A stretch of DNA of 64,000 nt, taken from assembly GCF_018350175.1 (NCBI RefSeq), contig NC_058368.1:71798001-71862000 (forward strand), read 5' to 3'. This document shows, one piece after another, positions 36,940 to 49,196 of this stretch. Below the pieces are notes generated by a model. It made no database searches. It saw nothing but the letters and a program-made list of their open reading frames with translations, and was not told the origin of the DNA. The position numbers and the translations under genes were made by a program. Position 1 is the first letter of the stretch. Every line of letters begins with the position of its first letter. The stretch is from Felis catus (taxonomy: Eukaryota).

Positions 36940-37760
36940 AGCAATGCGGCCCTTGCTTTCTCTGTGGCTCAAGGCCCGCCCGGGTCTGCGTGCTCCTCCT
37001 CGGTTACCTGTTTGGTCCCCTTTCACTAACTCCTCCACACGGCGGGGACAGGCAGGGTCACGGAGGGAAGAAACAGGAGAATGACAGGACCCCGCAGCGG
37101 CTGTGACTCGCGAAGTCCTGGCCGCCTGTCCCCACATCACAGCCGGTAGGGGGGTGGGGGAGGGTCTGGACCGGGACTCCCTCGCGCCACGCGGTCACGC
37201 AGGTGGACCCAGAGGTCTCCGCCCGCTGCGCCACAAGGGCCGAGTGGAGCACCGCCCCTGAGGGCGCCCGGAAGCAGTAGGAGCCGCTGCCAGGCGCCCC
37301 CGTGAGGCACCTCGCCGCCGCTGGGAGGAAACTGAGGCCCTGAGCTCAGGTCGGGCATCCCAACTTGTAAGACCCGCACCTGAAGGAGGAGCCCCCAAAC
37401 CTCTCGCTTGCAAACCCCAGCTCCCACCTCCAGACCCCAGCCCACGTGAGGACTCACCCTGCAGCGTTAGGCGGCCTCTGCGGGTGGAAGGGCAGCTGGG
37501 CTGACACACCCGTGTCTTGGCCTTGTCCCCGCTCCAGGGCCATTTTCCCCCATGCCTGGTTTGCATCTAGGCCAGGTTTTTACTCCTGAGGCCGTGGTTT
37601 TACCTCTGGACCACATGTGTGCCTGGGTCCCTGGCTTTACATCCGGGTCCTAGCTTTATAGCGCATGCGGTTTGCATCTGGGCCTCAGTTTTAGGAGGGG
37701 GGGGGGGGAACCTCTCCTCCCCATTTGCGTTGGAGTCCAGAGGCTGTGCGGTGGGCGCTG
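36940..37760. promoter_or_regulatory. CpG island, likely promoter
   Basis: Sharp rise in GC content and CpG density against a CpG-depleted background; GC boxes, ETS CCGGAAG (37268), E-box CACGTG (37443), NRF1-like GCGCATGCG (37661). Confidence 0.85.
37458..37630 (-). other. Candidate first exon of a minus-strand transcript
   Basis: Minus-strand TATAAAG at 37660-37654 and strong donor AGG|GTGAGT at 37458/37457; TSS inferred about 30 nt after the TATA. Confidence 0.4.
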
Positions 37761-37824
37761 GCCATGGGTACATGCAGGGCTGATCCTTGCAACCCCACAG
37801 GACTGTATGTTTTTGCACACTTTA

Positions 37825-38222
37825 TTTTTTCTATTTTTATTTTTTATTATTTTTTAAAATGAATTAACTTTTAAATTTACATCCAAGTTAGTTAGCATAT
37901 AGTGCAACAGTGATTTCAGGAGTAGATTCTTTAACGCCCCTTACCAATTTAGCCCATCCCCCCCTCCCATAGCCTCTCCAGCAACCCTCTGTTCTCTATA
38001 TTTAAGAATCTCTTATGTTTTGTCCCCCTCCCTGTTTTTATATGATTTTTGTTTCCCTTCCCTTATGTTTGTCTGTTTTGTGTCTTAAATTCCAAATCTG
38101 AGTGAAGTCATGATATTTGTCATTCTCTAATTTTGCTTAGCATAATATCCTCTGGTTCCATGCACATAGTTGCAAATGACAAGATTTCATTGTTTTTGAT
38201 TGCCAAGTAATACTCCATTGTA

Positions 38223-38255
<33 letters not shown>

Positions 38256-38621
38256 GCACACACACATATAGTACATGTATTTACATATATACATATATAC
38301 ATATTGTATGTATATATATATATACGTATATACATTATATATGTATATGTATATATAGATATATATACACACACCACATCTCCTTTATCCATTCATCCAT
38401 CGATGGACATTTGGGCTCTTTCCATACTTTGGCTGTTGTCGATAGTGCTGCTATAAACATTGGGGTGCATGTGCCCCTTCGAAACAGCACATGTGTATCC
38501 TTGGATAAATACCTAGGGGTGTAGTTGCTGGGTCACAGGATAGTTCTATATTTAATTTTTTGAGGAACCTCCATACTGTTTTCCAGAGTGGCTGCACCAG
38601 TTTGCATTCCCACCAGCAGTG
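37825..38621 (-). mobile_element. 5'-truncated felid L1 (about 800 bp)
   Basis: T tail, L1 3'UTR and ORF2 C-terminus ([23 protein letters not shown]); 14-bp TSD ttttgcacacttta (37811 and 38622). Confidence 0.96.
38220..38372. repeat. Complex (TA)n/(TG)n/(CA)n microsatellite within the L1
   Basis: Direct reading. Confidence 0.92.
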
Positions 38622-39377
38622 TTTTGCACACTTTAAAAGGTGCTGCCTGAGGGGCTGGCTTCTGGCCAGCCTGAATCCAGGTGCTGACTGAGAAGGAACC
38701 TCTGGTTCACTGACGGGTCTTGGCTTGGCCTCAAATATTGGGAGCCATGAAAAATAAAATAGGCTGTGTGGACACGCACAGATCTTTGAGGACAACCGGG
38801 AGCAGAGGGAAGGTTGACTGGCAATGTTTATCTCCTAGAAGGGACTGCTCCTTCCAAACTGGGAAAGGGATTGCTTCATCTGATGCATAGAAACCAGCAC
38901 AGAGAGTCCAGCAGGACGAAGAAAACACAACTGCATTGCCGTGCGGGAAACCAGCAACCCTGCATGTCCTGTGGTAAGTGCCAGACCTCGCAGCCCATGC
39001 TGTCTTCCCTGCCCAGTGGCACACACCTTCAGAATCTTGCACCTCTGGATGGGCTTAAAAGTAGAACCTCCTTTTGTGTTCTGCCCAGAGCCTTTGGCTT
39101 ACTCAGCGCCTTTGGCAAAGTAGATCTGTACTCCAAGACAAGTCAAAGTTCAGCCCCCAGGACATTGACTGTCTAAATCCATTGTGCAAGGCAAGGCTTT
39201 TTTTTCCCCTGAGGACTGCTTCCTTTAGTGCTAGTTATCTTGTGCTTGTCATTGAGTGTCAATGCTTTAACATGTCTAAAAAAAAAATGAATTTGTCGCT
39301 TTTTGCTGCCACAGTGGTGGAAGCGGTTAACTCTGTTCCTCACCAGGCCTCCTTATGACTTTCATGACTCTGAATTC

Positions 39378-39525
39378 ACGGTTTAATATGAAAGGACATA
39401 ACTCAGGAACAGCCAGATGGAAGAGGTGCACTGGGGGAGGCATGGGGAAAGGGTGTCTAGCTTCCGTGCCCTCTCAGGGCACCACTCTCCTTGAATCTCC
39501 ATGTGTTTACCAACCTGGAAGCTCA
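39378..39525. mobile_element. MER21-like LTR fragment
   Basis: 'gaacagccagatggaagag ... agcttccgtgccctctc ... cctggaagctc'. Confidence 0.7.
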
Positions 39526-40358
39526 GAGAGGTTTCTTATTATTGCTCAGTAAATATAAATGTGTCCACCCCTTGTCACTTCTGGGTGACATATAAGAGCC
39601 AATGGAGATTTTCCCTACATAAGTAGTGAACACTCCATAGGTGAGGGGGATGGAAAAATGATTTATCTCTGCTTATAAAGGGAAGCTTTTCTTAACCCTT
39701 TTGTTATGTAAATAAAATTCCTCCAGGAACCAGGTAGCCCTGTGTGACTTGATTTTATGTCCAGAATGATAATGCTCCAATCTCCCCAACACCTTTGGAA
39801 CTTACTTGGGTGCCTCTTCCAGGATGTAATGGTTTGGCCTTTGGGGAGGTAAGACAAGATTTATTAGCTTTTCTGATCTGAGCAATTAAGTAGATAATAT
39901 GGCTATAGGTCTAGCTCTCATGGTACATGGAGAATCTCTGGAGGTTGGGGCCTTTCCAGGACCCCTGGAATTGTTCCTTGTCTCTGTGATGCTTGCTTGT
40001 AGTAAAGGCATCAGAGGAGATGGGGGCTGCTTTTTCCAAGTGTACCAGTGAACATGAAATCACTACTACCAGGATGAGCGAGAGATATCTGCTGGCTGCT
40101 AGTGGGGGTGGTGGTGGTGGAGGAGATTCCCCCTCCCTCTATTATAGCAGAAAAGCACTGTTTTATGTGCCATTTACCAACTGTCAATGTGCCAAGAACA
40201 AATAGAGTCAATGGCCAACAAATGATTATATATACCTCTCTCCTATTACTCCCTTCACCTGATGTGTTTAGGCAAATTTGTTCAATTTATCACTTGGAAA
40301 TGTGAATGGCAACAACTGTATCTATAGCAGAGAGACTTTATTCTATGACACTGTAGTT

Positions 40359-40530
40359 CAGGGGCTGGCAAAATTTTTCCCTGAAGGGCCAGATATTTTA
40401 GGCTTTGCTGTCTGTATGTAGCGTCTATGCCTCATCTTCTTTGTTTATCTTATAACTGGTTAAAAAGGTAGAAACCATTCTGTGCTTGCAAGCTCTACAA
40501 AAACAGACCGGTGGCAGGATTTGACGCTCC
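40359..40530. mobile_element. MER58A-like hAT-Charlie element
   Basis: 'caggggctggcaaaatttttccctgaagggccagatattttaggctttg ... tacaaaaacagaccggtggcaggatttg'. Confidence 0.8.
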
Positions 40531-41477
40531 AGGTTTTACTTTGTCTAGAACCTCTTCTCACTATGGTTGGGTGATCATATTTAAAGGAAATGTTTCAATA
40601 AAATATTTTTTTGGAGGATTTCAATGCATATTTTGTGCCAGTGAGTGCTAATTTATAATGATGTAATTCTCAGAGGAGAGAACACAGATCCTCTATTCCT
40701 CCCTTGTTACTGGATCAGCAGAGTGATAGGATCTTTGTGAATATTTCTTTCCAAATTCCATCTGACTGATGGGAAATATTTAGTTTAGCTTTGCATGAAG
40801 CTGTGTCAAATAGGTAACTTGATACTAATAGTGCATCTTTTTTGGTCTGAACACTGAGGAATCAGGTAGTGTGATCATTATTTCAACTTCCTCAAGCTGG
40901 GAATGTGGAACATGGCAAATGGAGACAGACTGGGAAAGTGGATCTGGAGCAGGAACAGGAGCATCCCCCCCCCCCCCCCCCCCGCCCCAGGAGGAGATAA
41001 ACCTCAAAACAAACAATAACCTCACAATAATAATAACATGTGGCATTAAACACCATCTGATTAGGATGGGGCATGAAGGCAGGATACAAACTGGATGACT
41101 TCTGAGCTTTCCATGGCCATGACCCTGTGATAAGCCTGTTTTGTCCACACCATATCTATAGCTTCTTAACAATATGCAGCCCAATAACTGGGCTAACCAA
41201 GGTTATCAACAGCAGGCTGGGTATTAAAGATAATATTCTATTCACATTACAGCTTTTGATTTCCACCATTGAATTATATTCTCCATTCTTATTTGTTTTT
41301 AATTGGAAGGAATTTTACTTATGTGACTTGGTTAGCCAGTAATTTTGGGGAAAAGAGGACCTCATTTTCCGGCTGACTTAGATATACAAACCTTATATTA
41401 GGAAGGCTATGGCAGTGCTGTTGGCCCATACAGGGTAAAGTCCTCTGACATGTGCACAGGGCATGGCCACTTAGAAG

Positions 41478-41559
41478 GAAAAAAATATTTCTGTTACTTA
41501 AAGAGACTGTTCCCCCAGTCTGTGGGACTTTGTTATGGCAACCCAGGGAGACTAATACA
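41478..41559 (+). mobile_element. MLT1 LTR 3'-terminal fragment
   Basis: 'ccagtctgtgggactttgttatggcaacccagggagactaataca'. Confidence 0.7.
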
Positions 41560-42189
41560 AAGATCACAGGCTGATACGCACCTGGCAGGAGAGGGGAGTA
41601 GGCAAGAGTGCTCTAAACTGTACCCTTTTGGGGATATCCTGGTGATAATTTACCCAGTAGGTGGGATAGGGAAGGATCTGAGATCTGGGGGAGACTAAAT
41701 GTGATAGAACAAGAGACCTGTACTTGGTAAACTGTGTGGGTCCCATGCCTCCTGAATTCTCTTTGACTGGCCCAGCCTGCCTCTGCTTGCAGACAGTGGC
41801 CAAAGCAAGCTGAACCCTTGGTCAGGGAGCAGCCTGGCAGGGGAGCAGAGTGCTCCTGCTGGTGGTCAAGGCCATAGAGGAAGAGCACTCAGGGATTGGG
41901 ATCAACCCTGTAGGTCAGTTATTCCTCCTCATGGTGAGTTTGATTTTTTTTTTTTTTTCTGAGCACTAAGTTTGAAAGTTTGGCTTTTGTTTTAATAAGA
42001 TAAGTACTTTCCTTAAAAAAGGAGAGAGGGAAAAATGCTGATTCTTTAGGAATCAGGACAAAAAGAAGGACTGAAAACCATCTTTCTCATGGGTTTGTGC
42101 CCTCTCTTCTGTCCTGTCTTGCTTCAAGTGCTGCTGATGCCACTTCAGATGAGTTCTCACTGTGCACACCTCCTTCTTATCCTTATTCT

Positions 42190-42370
42190 TTTAAAGTTTG
42201 TTTATTTATTTTGAGAGAGGGTTGGGGAGGGGCAGAGAGAGAATCCCAAGCAGGCTCTGCACTGTTAACACAGAGCCCAGTGCAGAACTGCATCCCATGA
42301 ACCATGAGATCATGACCTGAGCTGAAATCAGGAGTTGGTTGCTCAACTGGCTGAACCACCCAGGGGCCCC
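42190..42370 (-). mobile_element. Can-SINE
   Basis: Antisense head 'ccacccaggggcccc'; flanking ccttattctt repeat. Confidence 0.95.
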
Positions 42371-42436
42371 ATTGTCCTTATTCTTAATGATCATCTCTCT
42401 CAATCTTTGCTCAGATCCAACGGTGGTCTCCTTTTT

Positions 42437-42675
42437 CTTTTCTTTTTTTTTTTTTTTTAATTTTTGTTTATTTTTGAGAGAGAGAGTGAAAGAGAGACAG
42501 AGTGCGAGGGGGGGGGGAGGGGCAGAGAGAGAGGGAGACACAGAATCCAAAGCAGGCTCTAGGCTCTGAGCTGTCAGGACAGAGACTGACACAGGGCGAC
42601 TTGAACTCATGAACCATGAGATCATGATCTGAGCTGAAGTCAGATGCTTTACCGACTGAGCCATCTAGGCGCCCC
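42437..42675 (-). mobile_element. Can-SINE
   Basis: TSD gtggtctccttttt (42423 and 42677). Confidence 0.97.
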
Positions 42676-44850
42676 AGTGGTCTCCTTTTTCATTACACTT
42701 AGGGGCTGAAGCACCTCTCAGTCTTGATGCTAAACTAAGGATATGGACACCTCTGTACTGACCCAGAAGTGGGACATGTGACAAAGGGGCTAGGCTTTTG
42801 TCATGGAAAGTTCTAGAACAGTTCTCTAAGACTCATTGGAAGATCCACAAAGGTTTCTGTGTTGCCCTACCTGCCTTTAACTGAACTGTTTCCCCTCAAA
42901 TCTAGTGGCCATGGCAATTCAAGGAGGTTTTCCCTTTCCATTTTGTTTACTTATATGTTTTGTGATTGAACTTGCCACATGGGCTTTTAATTTTTCTATT
43001 CTAAGTATATGTATAAATATCCATTAACATAATAATTATATATTCCTTTTTATAAGGAATCTGAATGCTTAGCTTGCTGACTAGCGACCTGTTGTGTTGA
43101 CAAGAAATCTATCACCTCTTAAAACAACTCATTCCCTGGGCAAAGAACTCTGAAGTTAGAAGATGCTTCTGTCCTCATAAACCTTCCATTTATAGGTTTA
43201 TGTGAAATTGCTGTGAGGAATATCAAACAACTGATTCCCAAAGTTGGAGAACTCAATCTGTTTGACACTTCTACAAGTTGAAAATACCTACTTCTATGGT
43301 TTAAAAAAATATATGCTGGAAACCAAAAATTATTGTAATGAATGAAAAATACCTCTCACACAGTGTCTAGCAGAGAGGAATCTGCTTTTGCTCTGAATAG
43401 AGGTTGTCCTCGGGCTGTGACCTCAGTAAGACTGAGCTGCCAAGGAAGGAAGCTGAATGGTGTATTTGTTGGCACCCTGGCAGATGTCTAGGAATGGAGG
43501 AAAACGAATACCACATAACGCCCCCACGCCCAAGACCACAATAAACAACCCCTTTGATCTGGGAACAACCCCAGATCTGACTTCCTAGACCAGCTGGGGC
43601 AGGATGAATTGTGGAGAGGAAACAGTCTCCTTCCAGAAGGTACAGGAAGAGCAGTGAGCTTGCTCTTGAGTGGCTCTGGCTGTCTGCCAGCAGGCAGCCT
43701 CTGCTTCTTGGCTCCCAGGAGGTGGCTGCACGGTCTGTCCAGGGAGAAGAACATGAACACGATAATGTTGCATATTACGTGTGAAGCATATGGGCCAGGA
43801 AAAGCCCCATGATAACATGAAAGAAGAAAAACCTAGGGAACACTCCCAGTACTGGGCATTTAGTGAGGAAAATCATTCTCTAGAGTTGCTTGCTTAGCAC
43901 AGAATCAGTATGAGTTGAGATGGAGAATTCTGTTGGCTGCTTGAAGCTTGTTCTATGTTATAGAGTAACCTACCTAATGACCATCAGGCACGGTGTTTTC
44001 CTTCCTGGGACTGTGCAGCATAAATACTGAAAAAGTCTAAGCCCCAATATTCCCTTTTATGGTAACATTTCTTATGAGTTAGAGAAATTTGCCATTTCAG
44101 GGTCCTGTGCTTCCTATGTGTCATAGTTCTGATGACAGCTTAATTTATCTTAGTTGCATTTTATGATGGTTACTTCTGGACACTCCAAGCCATCAGTAAA
44201 TTTTCTCCCCTTCACACCATAGGATGGCTTGTTTCTGGGAATGTTTTGGGAGATGGCTAATAGTAGCCATCATTTGCTGCTCCTAGTAATTTCTCTCTCC
44301 ATTCTGGAATAACAAGTTAGCTTCCCAGCTTGTAGCATCTAACAATGGCTTACAGACTTTCTCTTTTTGACTTGTGTGTGGGTGTGTTTGTGTATGTGTT
44401 TGTTCAGTGGAGAAGAAACATGGCAAGACTCTTGTTGGTAAGATCTGATTATTTTTTTTTCTCCGTACTGATTCTACAGATTGAAAATGCTTTTAATTTC
44501 GATGGTAATTCATTGCAAATGGTATTTATGGTATTTATGTCTTTAATATAAAGTGTGTTTATTATCATATACAAGTGACTTAAATGGTGAGCCTTTCAAA
44601 ATAAGGAGTTTCTTTCATTTTTGTCATTTGAGAAAAATGTGCTTTCTGGGGAATAAATTCTATAATGAATATGGTTCATTTTAATTTTTGTAATAAACCA
44701 TGCCTATAGTAGAGACCTCTGAGAGTAACAACAACAGCTAATTTATTTTTATCTGTTATTTGCAGAGAAGTGACATTTACAAATTACATGTGATTTCAAT
44801 TGATATTTGCAAAAACCTAATAAGGCAAGATACCTTCATTTCTGCATTCT

Positions 44851-44975
44851 TTTATTCATTCAACAAATCACATTAATTGCTAGCAGGTGCGAGGCACATT
44901 ACAAGGCACTGTTGAAACAATGGTGAACCCGGTGGATCTACTCTCAACCTCATGGAATTTATAGTCAAGTATGAG
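44851..44975 (-). mobile_element. L2 3' end
   Basis: 'ttcattcaacaaatc ... cctcatggaatttatagtc'. Confidence 0.7.
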
Positions 44976-46069
44976 CAGATATAATTAACATTCCTCTTAT
45001 CAGAGTTCAGGTAAATTTGTTTCAGGCTGTAACACAGAATCTCTGAAACCTCATTCATATTTAACTACCCCGTCTTGTAGAGGTGAGATGGCTGGACAGC
45101 AATTGTGAACGTAAGAATGCCTCCATAGGGCATTTGTACAAGGAGGAGCTCAGAAAGTGCTAGAAGGTATGTGCAGGCCATTGGAAAACACTCCCTTCTG
45201 AACATAGATTACTTTTGAAGGGGGTGCATAAGGGATAAGACTTTATAATTCGGATTTAGTGGCTTAAGAGTGTCATCCCTCTCTGGATGTGGGACTTTCA
45301 AGGACCAGAGTTGAGGTTTTGTATCTGTATAGACCTCCAACTGAGTTTCTTTGTAGCCAGCCTTGCTCAGAGGTTTGTATTTGTTCCACTGAGACGAGTG
45401 GAGGTGCACTCAGTTCAATGTCATTAGTCAAGGGGGTTTTAGACAGCTGAGAGACTGCTGGTATTTACTTGGGCAGATGCCAACCTCCACCAGGTCAGGG
45501 AAGGATGGGTGTGACTGTCTAAGGATCTCCCTGTGGTATTGGTGATGATGGGGGTGACTGGCCATGGGGACAGGTTCGTGTGAATTTTTAAATGCCCATG
45601 TCACTGAAATTGTATGGTCGAGTTATCCACTGTCTGGGTGCATAATCCTTTAGATGGTGGACTTGGCAGGGAGTTGCTCTTTACCCCTTCCCCACTTCCC
45701 AGGACAGCTCTTGAGAAAGGTGTGTAGGTATGGTCCATTCCCTTAGCCCCATCTTCCCATGATGGTTCTGGGGTGTCCTGGTGCAGCTTAGTAGACAACC
45801 TGGGGAGAAAAAGCTCAGCCACAGCCTACTTAGTTTAAGATTTAAAAGAATAACAAAAGCATCAAGGGTTACGAAAAGACTCTATGAGATTAAGTGGGGT
45901 GGATTTACAGACTATACCCCCTCTCTACCTTTAGCCATTATATTCACCCCCAAACATGTGTTGAATATTATCGGGGGAGTGAGGTTAAAGAAAATATCCA
46001 ATTTCCCCATAACGCCATCCACACCATATTTCTGATTATTTTCCTTTGGGTCACCATAGTTTTAGAGAT

Positions 46070-46215
46070 TTTACCAGCTGTGTGACTCTGGGAAAATTGC
46101 TTGAACTTTCAGAATCTGTTTTGCCTTTGCAAAACGGGGGAAATCAAAGCACTTTCTTCACATGGGATTTTAGCACAGTGCTCCCTACATGGTAAGCACC
46201 TACTAGATGCTCACG
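46070..46215 (+). mobile_element. MIR fragment
   Basis: 'accagctgtgtgactctgggaaaattgcttgaact ... ttagcacagtgc ... ggtaagcac'. Confidence 0.7.
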
Positions 46216-46593
46216 ATTCCACATTTCTTACTCTCTGCTTTGTCTTTGCCAAATTTTGGTCAGAGCTCTGTCCTTCCTACAGTCAGAGCAGGGGGACTCT
46301 GTCCCCCTTATTAGTTTCTCCTGGCAATCAGCTGGCCACAGCCAGACCCTTTCCAGTCAGACCCCACTGGTCAGTTCTCCTTGCTTGCCCAGATTCCCCT
46401 CCAAAGATTTTGCTTACAGACCTTGTGCTCAGAGTGGTCCCCTCTTGCAGTGATTCCCCTTCCCCTATTTTGATAGCCCCTTTCCATCCCTCACAATAAG
46501 CCTTTGAACAGAAGTCTCGCCTCACTGAGTCCTGATAAATTTTTCTTTTGATAGTGCTTGATAAACATTAGCCAGTAACTATGAATAGTCCTT

Positions 46594-46792
46594 GTTTATT
46601 TTTTATTTTAAAGTTTATTTATTTCGAGAGAGAGAAAACAAGTGGAGGAGGGGCAGAGAGGAGGACAGAGGATCTGAAGCTGGCTCCACACTAACAGCAG
46701 AGAGCCTGATGTGGGGCTCTAACTCACAAACTGTGAGATCATGACCTGAGCTGAAGTCAGATGCTTAACAGACTGAGCCACCCAGGCGCCCC
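46594..46792 (-). mobile_element. Can-SINE
   Basis: Head 'cccaggcgcccc'; TSD tgRatagtcctt. Confidence 0.96.
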
Positions 46793-47672
46793 TGGATAGT
46801 CCTTTTGATCAGTTTTCCGGTTTTACCCAGTATCAAGATTGAATGAGAGAAAGCCAGGCAGTCCAGGGCAGACCAGCTGCCATTTGATAGTATCCAATAC
46901 ACTCAGAAATGGCCAATGGTAAGTCTTTAGGTCTGAGTACCTTTCCAAAATGCCTGGCCTTCAGTCACTGTATTTTGTTTTCCACACAATAGGAAAGGGA
47001 TGATATGCACTGCTTCACTCTTTTGGTCTGAGCATTCATTGATGGGGAGTCACTGCAGGTTGGAGGCCAGCACGGAGGAGGCAGGCGGGCACAAGCCACC
47101 TGGCATATCTACCCCTTGCTAGGGTCAAGCAAGCTATTCATTTTTGTGCTGGCCAGCTGGCCATCAAGTCAACATAAGGTCAGGATGCAGTCTGTGGTTT
47201 GCCTTTCTGGCGTGTTCTTTCTCCCTGGAATTGTTTTGTTGAATTAGGAGAAGAAGGGGAATTCTGCTTGGAAAACTACCCCACAGAAGGTAGTCTTTGG
47301 AGTTTAAGGATCCCTTGAATTTGTTTTAATAGCAAAGAAGGTGAATGAGCAAGTGAGCACTGACAGACTCCCATCATCCCTGCCCCGTTTTCTCCCTGCC
47401 CCGTTTTCTCCTTTTCCTTTCTTTCTCTCCTGGTCTTGGCTCCCTCTTGGGTAAATAGCACCTTCTCTTGACTAAGTCTACCTGTTTACACCTGTCTACA
47501 CTGCAGAACCAAAGGGAGGCACCATGAGTTACAGACTTCTTTATGGCCTTTCATGTTCAAAGCAGCAGAAGTTTCCAAGTTGGGGGAGATTTTGTTGTCA
47601 GGGTAACTTGTGTGTAGACTATATAGCCTTGAGAGGATCACCAGCATGCTCCTTGACAACTGACAGTCTCTC

Positions 47673-47830
47673 TCTCTCTCTTTTTTTAAAGTTTATTTAT
47701 TTTTATTTTGAGAGAGACAGAGAGAGAGAGAGAATGTGAGTGGGAGTGGGGGAGGGGGAGGGGCAGAGAGAGAGGGGGGAGAGAGAGAATCCCAAGCAGG
47801 ACACTTAACCGACTGAGCCACCCAGGCACC
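47673..47830 (-). mobile_element. Can-SINE with central deletion
   Basis: 13-bp TSD ctgacagtctctc (47660 and 47831); 'cccaagcagg' is joined directly to 'acacttaaccgac'. Confidence 0.95.
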
Positions 47831-47831
47831 C

Positions 47832-48308
47832 TGACAGTCTCTCATTGACCAAATTTTAGAAAGGCTTCTCTGAGCCCCTTTTCCACTCGACCTTGTCCTT
47901 GAGCCTTGTCCTGTAGAGCCCAGTTGTAGAAAGAATCTTGCTAAGGTCAGCCTAGCATGAAATCCACCCCCCCCTCCCCTGCCCCGCTCCATATATGATC
48001 CACCTGGGTATCTGATCAAATTTCCTCACCCTCTACCATTCCCTGGTAATCTCTGATCACCCAGGTCTGCCTTCAGCAAGAGTCCTACCAGGTCTGTTTA
48101 ACTAGATCCCTTCCAGTCCCTGATGTTTCTATCTAGTACTTTTCCCTTCACTGGCCCCACTCTGCCCCTTGGCTATAAATCCTGCTTGTCCATGCTCTAT
48201 TTGGAACTGAGCCAGTTCTATACTGAGTTCTCTTTTCCCCTATTGGTAGTTCCTGAATAAAATCTATTTACCGCTTTACCAGCCCCCACACCTGGTTTTC
48301 TTTAATCA
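47832..48308 (+). mobile_element. ERV1 solo LTR (MER31-like)
   Basis: 'tgacagtctctcattgaccaaattttag...', TATA ctataaa about 48173, AATAAA about 48256, ends in CA. Confidence 0.8.
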
Positions 48309-49196
48309 CCACAATAAAGGCTCTACAAACCATGTTTGAGTTGCTGATCATGATGGTTGGGAAGTTACCTTTTTAAAATTGTTTTTACTACTGCCAACTC
48401 AATTTGTCATTGTTTCTTTTTGAAAAAAATCTATCTTCCCTCTCCCCACTTAAAAAAGAAATCCCATTCAATATTTGATCACTTGGCTGAGTTTTGCATG
48501 CAAGTAAGATTTCAGAGCAACTGGGCTCCCAGAATAAAGAGGGTAGGCTGTATTTATAGTTCAAATTATTATATAGCGGTTGACAGTTCTGTTTTGATTT
48601 AAAGTCCTGTCTCTGATAATAGGAAACAGGATCACAGCTTATCTCTGGCTGTAAGGCTTTAGAATGGCCCTGTAATTCAAGGCTTATCTCTGGGAATGCA
48701 TGGCTTTTAAAAGTGTAAATCTTTTTTGAGCTGTGATAGTTGCCATCTTCCTGTATGAGACAGAGCTAAGCTAAGGATAAGAATGTCAGTTTTATTTTTT
48801 GAGGTCTTGTGAGCAAATTCTACTCTGATGGCATGAATTTGACAAAATATATCTAATCTAGATTTTGTGATTTAGCATAATTAACTTGATGTTCTGTTCT
48901 ATTTGGATGGTTTCATTGAAAAAAAATAGATACAAAAAGAAGTGATGATATTATGCAAACACCTGCTTGTCTTGAGCTTAGTCATAAGATGTTAGGGTTA
49001 AAGAGTGAACTTGTGTTTGTGACCCCCTTACAAAGCCCCAGAGATCATATTTTTGATCACCTTCATTATGCCAGATATGTTCTAGATTGTCATTATTTGT
49101 TCATCTATGTCCAGTCCAGGAACCAAGAATACTTACTGGGTTTCCTTTTGCAGTACCTGTAAAAGTTTTCTCCTTTCTCTAAGATTCCTCATTTGT

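Noticed and set aside
44479..44503. Possible 25-nt plus-strand microexon (IENAFNFD)
   Set aside because: Splice-like motifs of this quality arise by chance; not frame-preserving
45028..45900. Possible ancient LTR/ERV remnant starting tgtaaca
   Set aside because: Could not define the family, the ends or a TSD
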